This document shows, one piece after another, positions 27,546 through 41,019 of a DNA stretch of 64,000 nucleotides (position 1 is its first letter; the number at the start of each line of letters is the position of its first letter). The stretch lies in assembly GCA_964016885.1 (NCBI GenBank), contig OZ024741.1, forward strand, positions 221,278,001 through 221,342,000. The letters are read 5' to 3'. Below the pieces are notes generated by a model. That model searched no databases, was not told the DNA's origin, and was given only the letters and a program-made list of their open reading frames with translations. The DNA is from Eledone cirrhosa (Eukaryota). Both the position numbers and the translations under genes were made by a program.

Positions 27546-27949
27546 TTGAATTCTTCAAGTACCGCCGAGGTTAATTTTGTCTTTCATCCTTACAGGGTCA
27601 ATAAAATAAAGTACCAGTAATACACTGGGTCATTGCTGGCCTTGTGCCAAAAGTAGAAACAATTATAAGCAGTGGATTAGCAGTATCGGTAGAGGGTCGG
27701 ACGCCATGCTTTCCAGCATAGTTACGTCCCTTTACAGTCTGAGTTCAAATCCCGCTGAGGTTAACTTTGCCTTTCATCCTTACGGAGATCGATAAAATAA
27801 AGTACCAGTAATGCACTGGGTAATTGCTGGCCTTGTGCCTAAAGTAGAAACATTTATTCTTTGAATTCTAATACACTCGCACTTCAAACTCAATATTTGA
27901 GATAACTTTGTTTACATATGTGATAATTAAATACCCAGGTCTCTCATTG

Positions 27950-28745
27950 TAGGGTGTGATACCCAGGTATCTATTGTGGAGAACATATGTGATGTAATAC
28001 TCAGGTGTGTATTGTGGGGTACATATGTGGTGTAATACTCAGGTGTGTATTGTGGGGTACATATGTGGTGTAATACTCAGGTGTGTATTGCGGGGTACAT
28101 ATGCGGTGTAATACTCAGGTGTGTATTGTGGATTACATATGTGGTGTAATACTCAGGTGTGTATTGTGGAGTACATATGTGGTGTAATACTCAGGTGTGT
28201 ATTGTGGATTACATATGTGGTGTAATACTCAGGTGTGTATTGTGGGGTACATATGTGGTGTAATACACTGGTGTGTATTGTGGATTACATATGTGGTGTA
28301 ATACTCTGGTGTGTATTGTGGATTACATATGTGGTGTAATACTCAGGTGTGTATTGTGGAGTACATATGTGGTGTAATACTCAGGTGTGTATTGTGGATT
28401 ACATATGTGGTGTAATACTCAGGTGTGTATTGTGGGGTACATATGTGGTGTAATACTTAGGTGTGTATTGTGGGGTACATATGTGGTGTAATACTCAGGT
28501 GTGTATTGTGGGGTACATATGTGGTGTAATACTCAGGTGTGTATTGTGGGGTACATATGTGGTGTAATACTCAAGTGTGTATTGTGGGGGTACATATGTG
28601 GTGTAATACTCAGGTGTGTATTGCGGGGTACATATGTGGTGTAATACTCAAGTGTGTATTGGGGGTTACATATGTGGTGTAATACTCAGGTGTGTATTGT
28701 GGGGTTACATATGTGGTGCAATACTCAGGTGTGTATTGTGGGGTA
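27950..28745. repeat. 38-bp minisatellite, about 20 copies
   Basis: Unit GTACATATGTGGTGTAATACTCAGGTGTGTATTGTGGG, period 28021 to 28059. Confidence 0.95.
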
Positions 28746-29137
28746 CATGGCTTAGTGGTTAGAGCATTGGGCTTGCAATCGAAAGGTTGTGAGTTCAATC
28801 TCAGATCGGGGTGATGTGTTGTTTCCTTGAGCAAGACACTTTATTTCACATTGCTCCAGTTTACTCAGCTGTAGAAATGAGATGATAGGGACTGGGGTCC
28901 ATATCATTCCACTGCAAAGTGGTCGTGGAGGTGCCACAGCAAAAAAGCACCCAGTACTCACTGTAAATGAGGTTGGTGTTAGGAAGGGCATCCAGCTGTA
29001 GAAATCAAGCCAGAATCAGTTCCCATATGAGCAAGAGAAGGTCAGCAGACCGGACACTGCCCACAACAGGACAACCCGTCTAACCCACGCTAGCGTAGAA
29101 GAACAGACGTAAAACGGTGATGATGATGATGATGATG
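28741..29137 (+). mobile_element. tRNA-derived SINE with RTE-B-type tail (another copy at 36369-36767)
   Basis: A box TGGCTTAGTGG, B box GAGTTCAATCT, tail GACGTAAAACGGTGATGAT. Confidence 0.88.
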
Positions 29138-29329
29138 ATATGTGATAATTAAATACCCAGCAATTTATTTGTGCCCTCAGCAGGGTTTTTTACTTTTAGG
29201 ATGGTTAGAATGTTTGAATTCAATACCTGTATGTATAACTTTTCAATTGCAATTACTTGTGCCAAGCTAACTTTGATATGTAAAATAGAGGAGGTTTGCT
29301 GTGTATTCTAATTTATTGTGTAGGAGAGC

Positions 29330-29885
29330 CCCCCAGCCAAAACATGAAGTGTCATGGGCCCCCAAGGTCTAAATACAACTCTGGGTACTCTAGCATTACA
29401 CATCCACTGGAGCATGCTTGCTTCATTTCTAGCCTTCTCAGGTTTTCTGAAGTTATGGTCTATATCAACATGCCATGTAGTATGACAAAGTCTACCTATC
29501 AGTCTGAGAGAGACACCCTTTATTGTCAACTGAAGTACCAACTCCCTTATACTTCCAGCCTATTCTTACACTGGCCATCACACATTCAGTGCATCCTCCT
29601 ATACTGCTGATTAGATCTCCTAGGTAGCAAATGCTGTCAATGTCTATTTGTCAATGGCAGCTGAGTCTATTTATTTCACATGTGTTCTTACTCCTTCCTT
29701 CTTCTGTGCATCAACTAAATATAAAGTCTATCTTTTCCTTTAACCGACCTGCAATCCCACTACAATTTAGGTGTGTCCCTAGATTACACTGTGTACAACC
29801 CTTTTTCACACATTGAGCAAGGGCACTTCTCTGATGGTATCAGCTTCCTCTTCCCCCTTTGTTGAGTTTACTTTTAGGCCTTTCA
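29330..29885 (-). mobile_element. Old RTE fragment
   Basis: RNEASMLQWMCN and remnants of the Cys cluster. Confidence 0.7.
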
Positions 29886-30191
29886 AATCTATTTTTTCTT
29901 CCATGCCTAAAAGCAGAAGTACTAATATTTTTATTCATATTCAAGGGCAGTGGATTGGCAGAATTGGTAGAGCGTCAGACACCATGCCTTGCAGAATAGA
30001 GTTAGGGCCCTTTACGTTCTGAGTTCAAATTCCGCCGAGGTTAACTTTGCCTTTCATCCTTACGGGGTTGATAAAATAAATTAGTGGGGGTAATTGCAGC
30101 CCTTGTGCCAAAAGTAGAAACAATTATTATTCATATTCACTTCCAAGTGTATTTTGTGTGTATATGTCTCTGCATCTATATTGGATTACAT

Positions 30192-30225
<34 letters not shown>

Positions 30226-30559
30226 GGGGGGGGGGGGTTGTGGGTTGTGCATAGAACAATAAAAAAAATAGAAGTCAGGTGTAGGTGGTTAGTTCGTTGT
30301 TTATATAATCCTTTCAGAGGGTCAATTGATGAATTGAGATTGATGTAGGTCTACCATGGTAGTTGTTAAGTTACTACCCATTTCTAGTCTCAAAATCCTT
30401 GTTCAATCAGCTGTCTTCTTCAGAAACAGTGAGTGTTTCTGAAGAATATACACTGAATGCACATCAAACCTACTCTGGGTGATACAAAGGCAAAAGGGTC
30501 TAAAAACATCTGACTGATAAAATGACAAGTCAGTCAATCATATTGGTGGCCTCCCCACA

Positions 30560-30782
30560 GCCCCGGCAGACAGAATAGAGAAGGCGTTTCCCCGGAGGAC
30601 GGCAAGGGAGATGCACTGGAAAAGCGATTCCAACTTGCGGGGTTCAGACCTGCGGTGGTGAGTAGGGAGGTAGCCCTAGGGCTGAGGACACCAGAGGTCT
30701 CCACTGCCAAGGGTACAACCGCAAACCTGAGGAGAGCGACCAGTATTTGGAGAGTTTGGCCTCCTCAGCCCGACGTGCAGCA
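30560..30782 (-). mobile_element. CRE-clade-like (restriction-like endonuclease) retrotransposon 3' end
   Basis: Frameshifted AEEAKLSKY...PLAVETSGVL...FQCISLAVLRGNAFSIL. Second copy at 54915-55115. Confidence 0.7.
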
Positions 30783-31966
30783 GAATTATTATACACTGAA
30801 TTATTATTTTTTTTGTGCGTGTATATTTTGTTGGTCCTTATGATGAGGAATTATTTGAGATGTCCCATGCTAAACTACCTACATCAGCTGTCGAGACACT
30901 GCATCCTTTAAAACCTCCATGCTTCCTGAGATTCGCCAACACTACACCTAATATTCCCCCTTCATACACACACACACACACATGTATATCATGACTCATA
31001 CACTATTCACTTCCCTGACATTTGTATATTATTCTATGTACTATAAGGTTAACTTTGCCTTTCATCCTTACGGGGTCGATAAAATAAAGTACCAGTAATG
31101 CACTGGGTAATTGTGGCCTTGTGCCAAAAGTAGAAACAATTATTCTATGTACTATACATGCACCTTTGATGAGTTGTAGTGCACCTGAGCACTGTACACA
31201 ATAATTTCATTATTATTATTATTACGGGGTCGATAAAATAAAGTACCAGTAATGCACTGGGTAATTGCTGGCCTTGTGCCAAAAGTAGAAACAATTATTA
31301 TTATTATTATGGTGGTGGGCTGGCAGTATTGGTAGAGGGTCTGATGCCATGCTTTGCAGCAAAGTGTTACGGCCCTTTATGGTCTGAGTTCAAATCCCGC
31401 CGAGGTTAACTTTGCCTTTCATCCTTACGGGGTCGATAAAATAAAGTACCAGTAATGTACTGGGTAATTCCTGGCATTGTGCCAAAAGTAGAAACAATTA
31501 TTATTATAAAGGTAAAAAAAACATTTAAATTGATTAATCATCATGATTGACTTTCTTTCTCTCCGAAGAAGGTAAAGTACAATCTGAGATTCATAGCTAT
31601 TCTATTGATGAAGATAATATTTACACCATTTAAATAATTCCAGGTCACAGTTCATTTGAAACATTTGTAAGAGATTATAAACAATTATTTGATGAAAGAA
31701 GAGTTTCCATTGATATATTTGTATATGCATGCTCTGCTTATTCTTAACGGTATAACAACTTTTCCATGCTAAAATCTCTTTCTTCTCCAAACTCTTATAT
31801 ACATCATATAAGCATTGGGATATTCCTTTCTCTGTGAAATTGGCAATTGCACTCTATAAGTCTAGTTCTCTACTCTCTTTTGACAATTGATAATATAGTT
31901 CTACATTTCATACATATATATATATATATATACAGTATATATATATATATATATAGATATATAAAT

Positions 31967-32009
<43 letters not shown>

Positions 32010-32013
32010 CCTG

Positions 32014-32470
32014 GTGAAGTCTTACAAATCAGGGTTTGGGCACCATGGCCCACTCGAACAGAGAGTTATTTTTTACGGAGGCATATCTGGGTGTAGGAGG
32101 CTTATCCAGGATTTCTTGAAGGAATTTGTCCAAAGACTTCTTGGACTTGATGGGATCTGTTTCTGTTTTGAAGTGTTTTGGTGTAATGTTAAAGAGAGCA
32201 GGGCCAATTGAGGTGAAATAATTGTGCCGTATTGTTGTTATGAGATGCGAGTGAGATTTTTGTCGTGGGCGGATAGCATGGGGCCCAAGCCTTGGGTGTA
32301 CATTAAAGGTGATGCCAACATCATTTGGGCAATATTTTCCAGATCATGCAGATAATGTAGCGCTGGAATATTTTCCAGATCAGGCAGATAATGTAGAGCT
32401 CACAGTGATGTTGGAGAGAATAAAGGTTGAGCTTTTCTAATCGACTCCAATAGTCAAGGCCTGTCATGCC
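32014..32470 (-). mobile_element. CR1-like LINE C-terminal fragment
   Basis: LDYWSRLEKLNLYSLQ, WKI, GPALFNITP, LDKFLQEILDKP. Confidence 0.75.
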
Positions 32471-32558
32471 ATCTATCTTTTTGTAATCAATCTTTGGGGT
32501 GCTTCAACTTTTATGATACTTTGTTTCGTGTGGGGAGACCACAGTGGAAAACAGTATT

Positions 32559-32616
<58 letters not shown>

Positions 32617-32672
32617 TAGTGAAAGAATGAAGAGTAACATGGTTGGCTGTACAGCAAGGGGCTTTATTTCAT

Positions 32673-32783
32673 GTATCAACAATTGTTTCATTGATCAGGT
32701 GAGTCTAGGGGCCGCTAATCGCTCGAAGTTGCGTCGCTCGATCTCCATTACATTATTTACCTCTGACCAAATCCTCAGAATAC
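32673..32783 (-). ncRNA. Type I hammerhead motif with a large helix II insertion
   Basis: Minus strand: gtatt CUGAGGA u UUGGUCAG [~64 nt] CUGAUCAA u GAAA CAAUUG UU gauac. Palindromic helix III, GUU site. Confidence 0.75.
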
Positions 32784-33147
32784 GAATAATTCATACATGG
32801 CATGGTTTATATAGAGAAATAGCGTATAATCAAAACGATAACAGCAATAATAAAATATATGATAAATAGGTAAAGAAGTTACAGATGTAAAAAGTAAAAA
32901 ATAAGAAAAAAGATACAGTAAAAAAGTAAGAAAATGGAAAAATAATAAAAATATAAAGAAATAAGGATAAGTGAGAGCATATAAGTAGAGAATATGATAG
33001 TGGTGGTGGTGAGTTAGTGTACGTATAAGGATGGTGTGGTGGATTTAGTGCTAACATGGAAAGTCATATAACCTGCATAGGAATTCCCACGAACTCGCTG
33101 CCTAACTATGGAAACATCTTGTTGAGTCAAACAAAGCCGTATATGAT

Positions 33148-33478
33148 GGAGGCACATGGCTTAGTGGTTAGAGCATTGGCCTTGCAATCGAAAGGTTGTG
33201 AGTTCAATTCTCAGACCGGGTGATGTGTTGTTTCCTTGAGCAAGGCACTTTATTTCACATTGCTCCAGTTTACTCAGCTGTAGAGATGAGATGATAGGGA
33301 CTGGGTTCCCTATCATTCCACTGCAAAGTGGTCGTGGAGGTGCCACAGCAAAAAAGCACCCAGCACTCACTGTAAATGAGGTTGGTGTTAGGAAGGGCAT
33401 CCTGCTGTAGAAATCAAGCCAGAATCAGTTCCCAACCCACCCTTGCCAGCAGGGAAAAGTGGACGTAAAATGAAATGA
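33148..33478 (+). mobile_element. tRNA-derived SINE with RTE-A-type tail
   Basis: A and B boxes, tail CCCACCCTTGCCAGCAGGGAAAAGTGGACGTAAAATGAAATGAT. Confidence 0.88.
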
Positions 33479-33537
33479 TATATAGTATATATATACTATA
33501 TATATATATATATATATTTATTAAAATAACAGATTAA

Positions 33538-33588
33538 AGTTTAAGCAAAGAATCGCTGCTTTCACCCTTAACGGGATCTTCTGAAACT
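33538..33588 (-). ncRNA. Hammerhead-like motif, CAGAAGA core, in element 33516-33675
   Basis: Reverse complement of 50039-50089. Confidence 0.7.
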
Positions 33589-34051
33589 AACAAAGTCAAT
33601 CTGTAAACGCAGAAGTGGATATTTCAAAAAACGTTGCAACCGGAGGAAGACAGGAAGACGGTACTTTGGTTCGTGTATATATATATATATATATATACAC
33701 ACAGACATATGTATATGTGTGTATTTGTTGATAGAAATATAACAAAGCATGTTAATATGTATGGAATACTGTTAATATGTATGGAAGACTATTAATATGT
33801 ATGGAAGACTATAGTATGTTGAACTTGTGGCACTCAGAAGAAAGAAAACAAACAACAGATGTACAACTAATGACACAACATAGAGATTCCTATAGAAAAT
33901 TATATATGCATGGTCATAGACAATATTGCACATTATATATGCATTGTCATAGACAAATTATAAACATAACTGTGTATATGTAAATGTGGTATATATGTAT
34001 GCATGTATGCAATATATGTATATATGTAGTATGTATATGTGTATGTATATT

Positions 34052-34086
<35 letters not shown>

Positions 34087-34419
34087 ATATATGTGTGTGT
34101 GTGTGTGTGTCATACACTAGAGCCAATATATGTATTTATATATGTATATATGTGTATGTATCTATGATGTATATATATATATATATATACACTAGAGCCA
34201 AAATATGTATATATGTATGTAGTATATATATATATATGTGTGTGTGTGTGTCACACACTAGAGCCAATATATGTATTTATATATGTATGTATATATGTGT
34301 ATGTATCTATGATGTATATATATATCACACATTAGAGCCAATATATGTATGCAGTGTAATTATTTATAAATTACATATGCACCTTAGGCTTCAAAATATA
34401 ATTGCAGTGTTGCACATGG

Positions 34420-35730
34420 CAACACATCCCATCACACAACACACAACACAACACATCACATCACACAACACATCACATCACACAACACATCACAAAACAC
34501 AACACATCACACAACACATCACATCACACAACACAACACAACACATCACACAACACATCCCATCACACAACACATCACACAATACATCACATCACACAAC
34601 ACATCACACACATCACACAACACATCACACAACACATCACATCACACAATACATCACATCTCACAACACATCACACAACTCATCACATCACATCTCACAA
34701 CACATCACAGCACACAACACATCACACAACACAACACATCACACAACACATCATACAACACAACACATCACACAACACAACACATCACACAACACATCTC
34801 ACAAAACATCACATTACACAACACATCACACAATGCATCACATCTCACAACACATCACGCAACACATCACATCAGATCTCACACTACAACACACCAGACT
34901 ACACCACACTATACTATACCACATTATACCACATTATAATACATTACACTACTCCACACTGCACTGTACCACACCACACTACACTATACCACACCACATT
35001 ACACTATACCACTCCACAATACACTATACCACTCCACACTACACCACACTACACAATACCACACTGCACTGTACCACACTACACCACACTACACCACACT
35101 ACACTACACCACACTACACTATACCACTCCACACTACACTACAGCACACTAGTTCTATTCTATATTAATCAGTGTTGTTATTGACACTGTATTGAGAGAT
35201 ACACTACACTACACCACACTACACTATACATCACTACCCAACACTACACTACACTATATAACACTACACCACACTACACTACACTATAACACACTACACT
35301 ATACCACACTACAGTATACAACACCACACCACCCTATACTATACTACACTATACAACATTACACCACACCACACTACAATACACAACACTACACTACACC
35401 ACACTACACTATACCACACTACACTACACCACACTATACTACACCACACTACACTACACCACACTATACTATACCACAATACACTACACCACACTATACT
35501 ACACTACACCACACTATACTATACCACACTACACTACACCACACTATACTACACTACACTACACCACACCACACTACACCACACTACACCACACTATACT
35601 ACACTACACCACACCACACTACACTACACCACACTACACCACACTATACTATACCACACTACACTACACCACACTATACTATACCACACCACACTACACT
35701 ACACTACACTACACTACACTATACTATATA
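34420..35730. repeat. Pentameric (CACAA/CACAT, then ACACT/ACACC) simple repeats
   Basis: Direct inspection. Confidence 0.95.
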
Positions 35731-36191
35731 ACACAGTACTGACAGATACTCCCAATATAATATTACCAGGAATATATAAATAATAACACAATACTTCACT
35801 AAATATTCATAGCTTTATAGAAACTTACAAAAATCACAACTAGATTCTGTTGTTTTATATATTTACATAACTCACTATTAATGACTTTACAATATTGTTT
35901 TTATATGTTTTCTTCATTCTTCTGGACTTTTGTTGTGTTTTTGTTGTTTTATGTATTTGATATGTTTCCGTTTTTTTTATGTTTTTATGTTTTTATATTT
36001 TATGTTTGTGTTTTTGTTGTTTTTGTTATATTTTGTTATGATTTTGTTGTTTTTGTTATGTTTTGTTGTCTTTTTGTTATTTTTTGTTGATTTTTGTCTT
36101 GTTTTCGTTTTGTTATGTTTTTGTTATATTTTTGCATTTTTTGTTTTGTTTTGTTTTTTGGTTTTTTTTTGTGTGCAAAAGTCACAAGAAA

Positions 36192-36348
36192 GACTGTGTG
36201 GTTAAAAAGATTTGCTTTGCAGCCATGTGGTGTTGGGTTCCCACTGTATGATGACACCCTCAGAAAATGTCCTTTATTATAGATAGCTTTAGGCTTGACC
36301 AATCACTTGTCAGTGAATTTGGTAGATGGAAACCTTATGGAAGCCCTT
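36192..36348 (+). mobile_element. Old tRNA-derived SINE of a further family (copy at ~40295-40405 minus)
   Basis: GTGGTTAA..TTTGCTT..GGGTTC..CCCACTG head and GAATTTGGTAGA(T/C)(G/A)GAAA..GGAAGCCC tail. Confidence 0.6.
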
Positions 36349-36917
36349 CATTGGATTTATATATATATAGTGAGGCGCATGGCTTAGTGGTTATAGCATT
36401 GGGCTTGCAATCGAAAAGTTGTGAGTTCAATTCTCGGACCGAGTGATGTGTTGTTTCCTTGAACAAGACACTTTATTTCACATTGCTCCAGTTTACTCAG
36501 CTGTTGATATGAGATGATAGGGACTGGGGTCCCTATCATTCCACTGCAAAGTGGTCGTGGAGGTGCCACAGCAAAAAAGCACCCAGCACTCACTGTAAAT
36601 GAGGTTGGTGTTAGGAAGGGCATCCAGCTGTAGAAATCAAGCCAGAATCAGTTCCTGTATGAGCAAGACAAGGTCAGCCGACCGGACACTGTCCACAACC
36701 GGACAACTCGTCTAACCTATGCTAGCGTGGAAGAACGGACGTAAAACGGTGATGATGATGATGATGATATATATATATATATATATACCTTATAATTTAT
36801 CGAGGTACATGTTAAGTAGAGATGCCATAAAGATACTCACACATGTATCTGACTATACACATGGGTAAACAGACATTAAATAAGGATGAATGTGATATAT
36901 ATATATATAAGTATGAT

Positions 36918-37496
36918 GTTCCGAGGCCATAGTATCTAGAATAAGGACGGGTTGGAAGAAGTTTAGGGAGCTGCTTCCTCTGTTGACGAAGAAGGGTTTC
37001 TCCCTGCGTACGAAAGGCCGGTTGTATGATGCCTGTGTGAGGAGCGCGATGCTGCATGGTAGTGAGACATGGGCAGCAACTGCAGAGGATATGCGTCGGC
37101 TGGAGAGAAATGAGGCAAGCATGCTCCGTTGGATGTGCAGTGTAAATGTGCGTGAACGACCCAGCATAAATGTGTTGAGAGAGAAACTGTGTCTGAGAGG
37201 GATAGAATGTAGTGTACGGGAGAGGAGACTGAGGTGGTATGGACATGTGATGCACATGGAGGATGACCGATGGGTGAAGAAGTGCCAGGAAATGCCAGTT
37301 GAAGGAAGACGTGGTAGAGGTAGACCACGAAAAACATGGGCGGAGGTGGTGAGAACAGACCTCAGATCATTGAAGCTCACGGTGGAGATGACGAGGGATC
37401 ATGACGAGTGGAGAGATGCTGTGCTGAATAAGACCCGTCCCACCCTTGCAAGCAGGGTAAAGCGGACGTAAAATGATGATGATGATGATGATGATG
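36918..37496 (+). mobile_element. 5'-truncated RTE LINE, subfamily A, with open C-terminal frame
   Basis: ORF 36983-37471: LHGSETW, RRLRWYGHV, GRRGRGRPRKTW. (ATG)n tail. Confidence 0.92.
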
Positions 37497-38335
37497 CCTG
37501 TATACGAACAGCAATGCTACATGGCAGTGAGACATGGGCATTGCGTGCAGAGGACCTACGCAGACTAGAAAGGAACAAAGCATGCATGCTCTATTGGATG
37601 TGTAACAGTAATATACGTGAACGGCAAAGCATAAATGAACTAAGTGAGAAATTAGGAATAAGAGGGATCAGATGCTGTTTACTCAAGAGAAGACTACGTT
37701 GGTATGGTCACGTGATGCGCATGAAAGATGACAGTTGTATAAAAAAAAGTGCAGGGTGATCAAAATTGATGGTAGTTACGGAGTAGGTAGACCCAGAAAA
37801 ACTTGGGATGATTTGATAAATTCCGACCTTACGCATTTGCACCTCTCTAAGACAATGTCACTGGACCGAGATCTTTGGCACTACACAGTAATATAGAAGA
37901 CCCGCCTTGCCTATGTACAAAGCGAAACCTACAGTCAGTAGGCACCTCTTAACCAAATATACACCCAAATCCACCACCCCTACCCTATCCGCCCACTCCC
38001 ACTAACACCGCCCTCTCTCTGTAAAGTTGGTACCACAACATCCGGTCCAAATAAATGAGATAATGAGATCGAGATCAAGATCGTGTAGGTGTCACGAGAA
38101 AAAAACCACACAGTCCACGCTGTAATGTGACCGTGTAGGTAACACGGTAAAAAGTTCCCAGTTCCACACTGTAAATGTGGTTGGTGTTAGAAAGGGCATC
38201 CAGCTGTAGAAATCCTGCCAGATAGTCCTATTTGAGCAAGACACGGTCACCTGACCAACCTTGCCTCAAGTGGGACAACTCCTATCTAACCCATGCTAGC
38301 ATGGAAGATGGACGTTAAACGATGATGATGATGAT
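37494..38335 (+). mobile_element. RTE subfamily B 3' part with 3' UTR, followed by further tail-derived repeats to ~38875
   Basis: LHGSETWAL, RRLRWYGHV, (GAT)n tail. Confidence 0.88.
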
Positions 38336-38894
38336 AAAGCAGTCCTCTTGGTGTCATGATAAAAAGTGGCCAGTCCACACTGTAAAGTGGTCATGTAGGT
38401 GTCACAACAAATCGCACCCTGTCCATACTGTAAAGTGGTCGTGTAGGTGTCATGACAAAAAGCATCCAGTCCACACTGTAAATGTGGTTGGAATTAGGAA
38501 GGGCATCCAGCCATAGAAACTATATGTTGCTCTGTATGAGCAAAACATTATCTTCTGACCTGGCTTGTCTCACAATGGGACAGTTCATCCAACCCATGCT
38601 AGCATGGAAAATGGACATTAAACAAAATTGATATGACAAAAAGCACCCGGCCCACTCTGTAAAGTGCACGTGTAAAAGTGTAAAAGACACAGCAAAGAGG
38701 ACACATCACACACTGTCAATATGGTTGGTGTTAGGAAGGGCATCCAGCTGTAGAAACCCAGACAGAAACACTCCTATATGAGCGAGACATGGTCTCCTGA
38801 CCCAACTTGCCTCTAAATGGGACAAACCCGTCTAAGCCATGTTAGTGTGGAAGATAGACGTTAAACGATGAAATGATATATATATATATATATA

Positions 38895-39038
38895 CTAGCA
38901 GAATGGCCCGGCGTTGCTCGGGATCTGGTCTATGGTTCTTATATATTTTATATATATTTATCCTTATCGAGCCTCGTGAAATAAATGTTTATTTATATTT
39001 TGTTATTGTGTATGCAAAAATATCTGTACATGAATATA

Positions 39039-39112
<74 letters not shown>

Positions 39113-39223
39113 TAACAGATTAAAGTTTAAGCAAAGAATCGCTGCTTTCACCCTTAACGGGATCTTCTGAAACTAAAAAAATCAATCTGTGAACGCAGAA
39201 GTAAATATTTCGAAAAACGTTAC

Positions 39224-39260
<37 letters not shown>

Positions 39261-39507
39261 TATATATACATATATATACACACACACAGATAGTGTCATA
39301 ATGTCGTAATGCAGACAGCCAGACATACAGACAGTATGGGTGCGACCTTATAGCTATGTATCTATCTAAAAAGACAGACTAAGAAAAAGAGAGAGAGATC
39401 GCTTTTTAGACTAATAAGTATTATATGTGTAAAGTTTGAAAAAAATTGGTTGGGTGGTTCTCGAGTTTTAGGGAGTCAGACAGACAGACATGTTTTAGAT
39501 ATATAGA
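38895..39507 (-). mobile_element. Non-autonomous Helitron
   Basis: Minus strand starts A|TC with a (CTGT)n leader and ends with hairpin CCCGAGCAACGCCGGG then CTAG|T, matching the canonical Helitron termini. Confidence 0.85.
39124..39174 (-). ncRNA. Hammerhead-like motif, CAGAAGA core, nested in the Helitron's (TA)n
   Basis: Same sequence as 33538-33588. Confidence 0.7.
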
Positions 39508-39915
39508 TATATATATAGTTATGTAATAAACAACATAAAATAATTAATTCATTTACCAGTGGTTTTTTGAAGACAGATATTTATATGTCTTCAGTCATCA
39601 AAATGAATAACATGGAATGTTTATTAAATATGGATTTGAAAAAAAAATTTACGAAATATGAAAGTGAAGCTGAAATCAAATCAAAAAATTAAGAGGAAAA
39701 AAATATAAATAAATATCCAGAACATAAATATACACACACCCAAACACACGCTTATACGTAATAGTATGTAAACGTATACATTCTCACATAAGTAAGGGAT
39801 AAAAAGCTCTGTAGCCTACATAGAGCACTCTCTTTTCCTTTACCTTTCCTACGGAAATACTTCATATATATATATATATAAATCGTCCCTTTAATCTATC
39901 TTATTTCTCATTCTT

Positions 39916-39951
39916 TCTTCTGATGAAGGACTAGTGTCCGAAACGTTAAGA
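39916..39951 (+). ncRNA. Minimal type I hammerhead ribozyme motif in a ~165-bp insert between TA runs
   Basis: tctt CTGATGA a GGAC tagt GTCC GAAA CG TT aaga. Palindromic AACGUU at helix III, GUU site. Confidence 0.85.
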
Positions 39952-41019
39952 CCCACTTCCTGCTATTTCAAGAGTTAACCTAATATATACCTTCCATATA
40001 CTGTACCGATTGTGTTGTTATTTCTGTTTACCTTTTACATACATATAATATATATATATATGATGGCTGCCCCCTTGTTATCGAGTATGGCCATTGCATG
40101 ATATACCATTATTAATAATTATTAATTAATTCTATTGTGCAATGCCTGTGAGGAAAGACAGTGCACTGAGCCAATCCCACTCTCTGAGCGACAGTAGCTA
40201 TAACCCGAAAAGTAGAAAAGATCAACATCATCGGTAACTACTGAGCCGCAGGTTTTATATTGGAGTTATCCGATATAAAATCTTATATATATAAGGGCTT
40301 CCATGCAATTTCTGTCTACCAAATTTCTTTAACATGGCATTGGTCAACCTAAGGTTATAAAAACATACATTTTCCTAAAGAACAATGCAGTGAGACCAAA
40401 CTGAACAAACCTTGAAAATGGTCAAGAATTTGGTGGGATTTAGTAATATGTCCCTCAACAGAGCCAGTCCTAGACCTATACATGGTCTGCTCAGACTGAA
40501 CTATTACACCCACCACCCCACAGAACCACTTCACCTGTTTACATACCTGGACTGGTCAGACTGAACTACACCCACCACACATATCACTACCTCCCAACCC
40601 ACACCACCCCACCTCACCTGTTTACCTACCTGGTCAGACTGAAATATAACACCACACCACCATCACCACCATCACCACCACCACCACCATCATGACTACT
40701 ATCACCACCAACACCACCACCACCACCAACACCACCACCACCACACCACCATCGCCACCATCACCACCACCACCATCACCACCACTATACCACCACCATC
40801 ACCACCATCACTACCGTCACCACCATCACTACCATCGCCACCACACCGCCACCACCACACCACCTCCCTGCACAACACCACCATGTGGCTGTTTATATGT
40901 GTATGTGTCTGTATGTTTGGCTGTGTGTGTTTGTGTATGTCTATGTGTTTGACTGTGTCTGTATGTATGTGTGTGTATGTGTCTGTATCTCTGTGGCATT
41001 GTGTGTGTGGCTGTATGTG

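Noticed and set aside
30413-30446. Hairpin TTCTTCAGAAACA-gtgag-TGTTTCTGAAGAA containing CTGAAGA
   Set aside because: There is no downstream helix II or GAAA, and a short isolated palindrome is uninformative.
31560-31860. Protein-like composition on both strands (ORF 31602-31790); similar at ~50880-51000
   Set aside because: Short frames interrupted by stops and no recognisable motif. tBLASTn would be needed.
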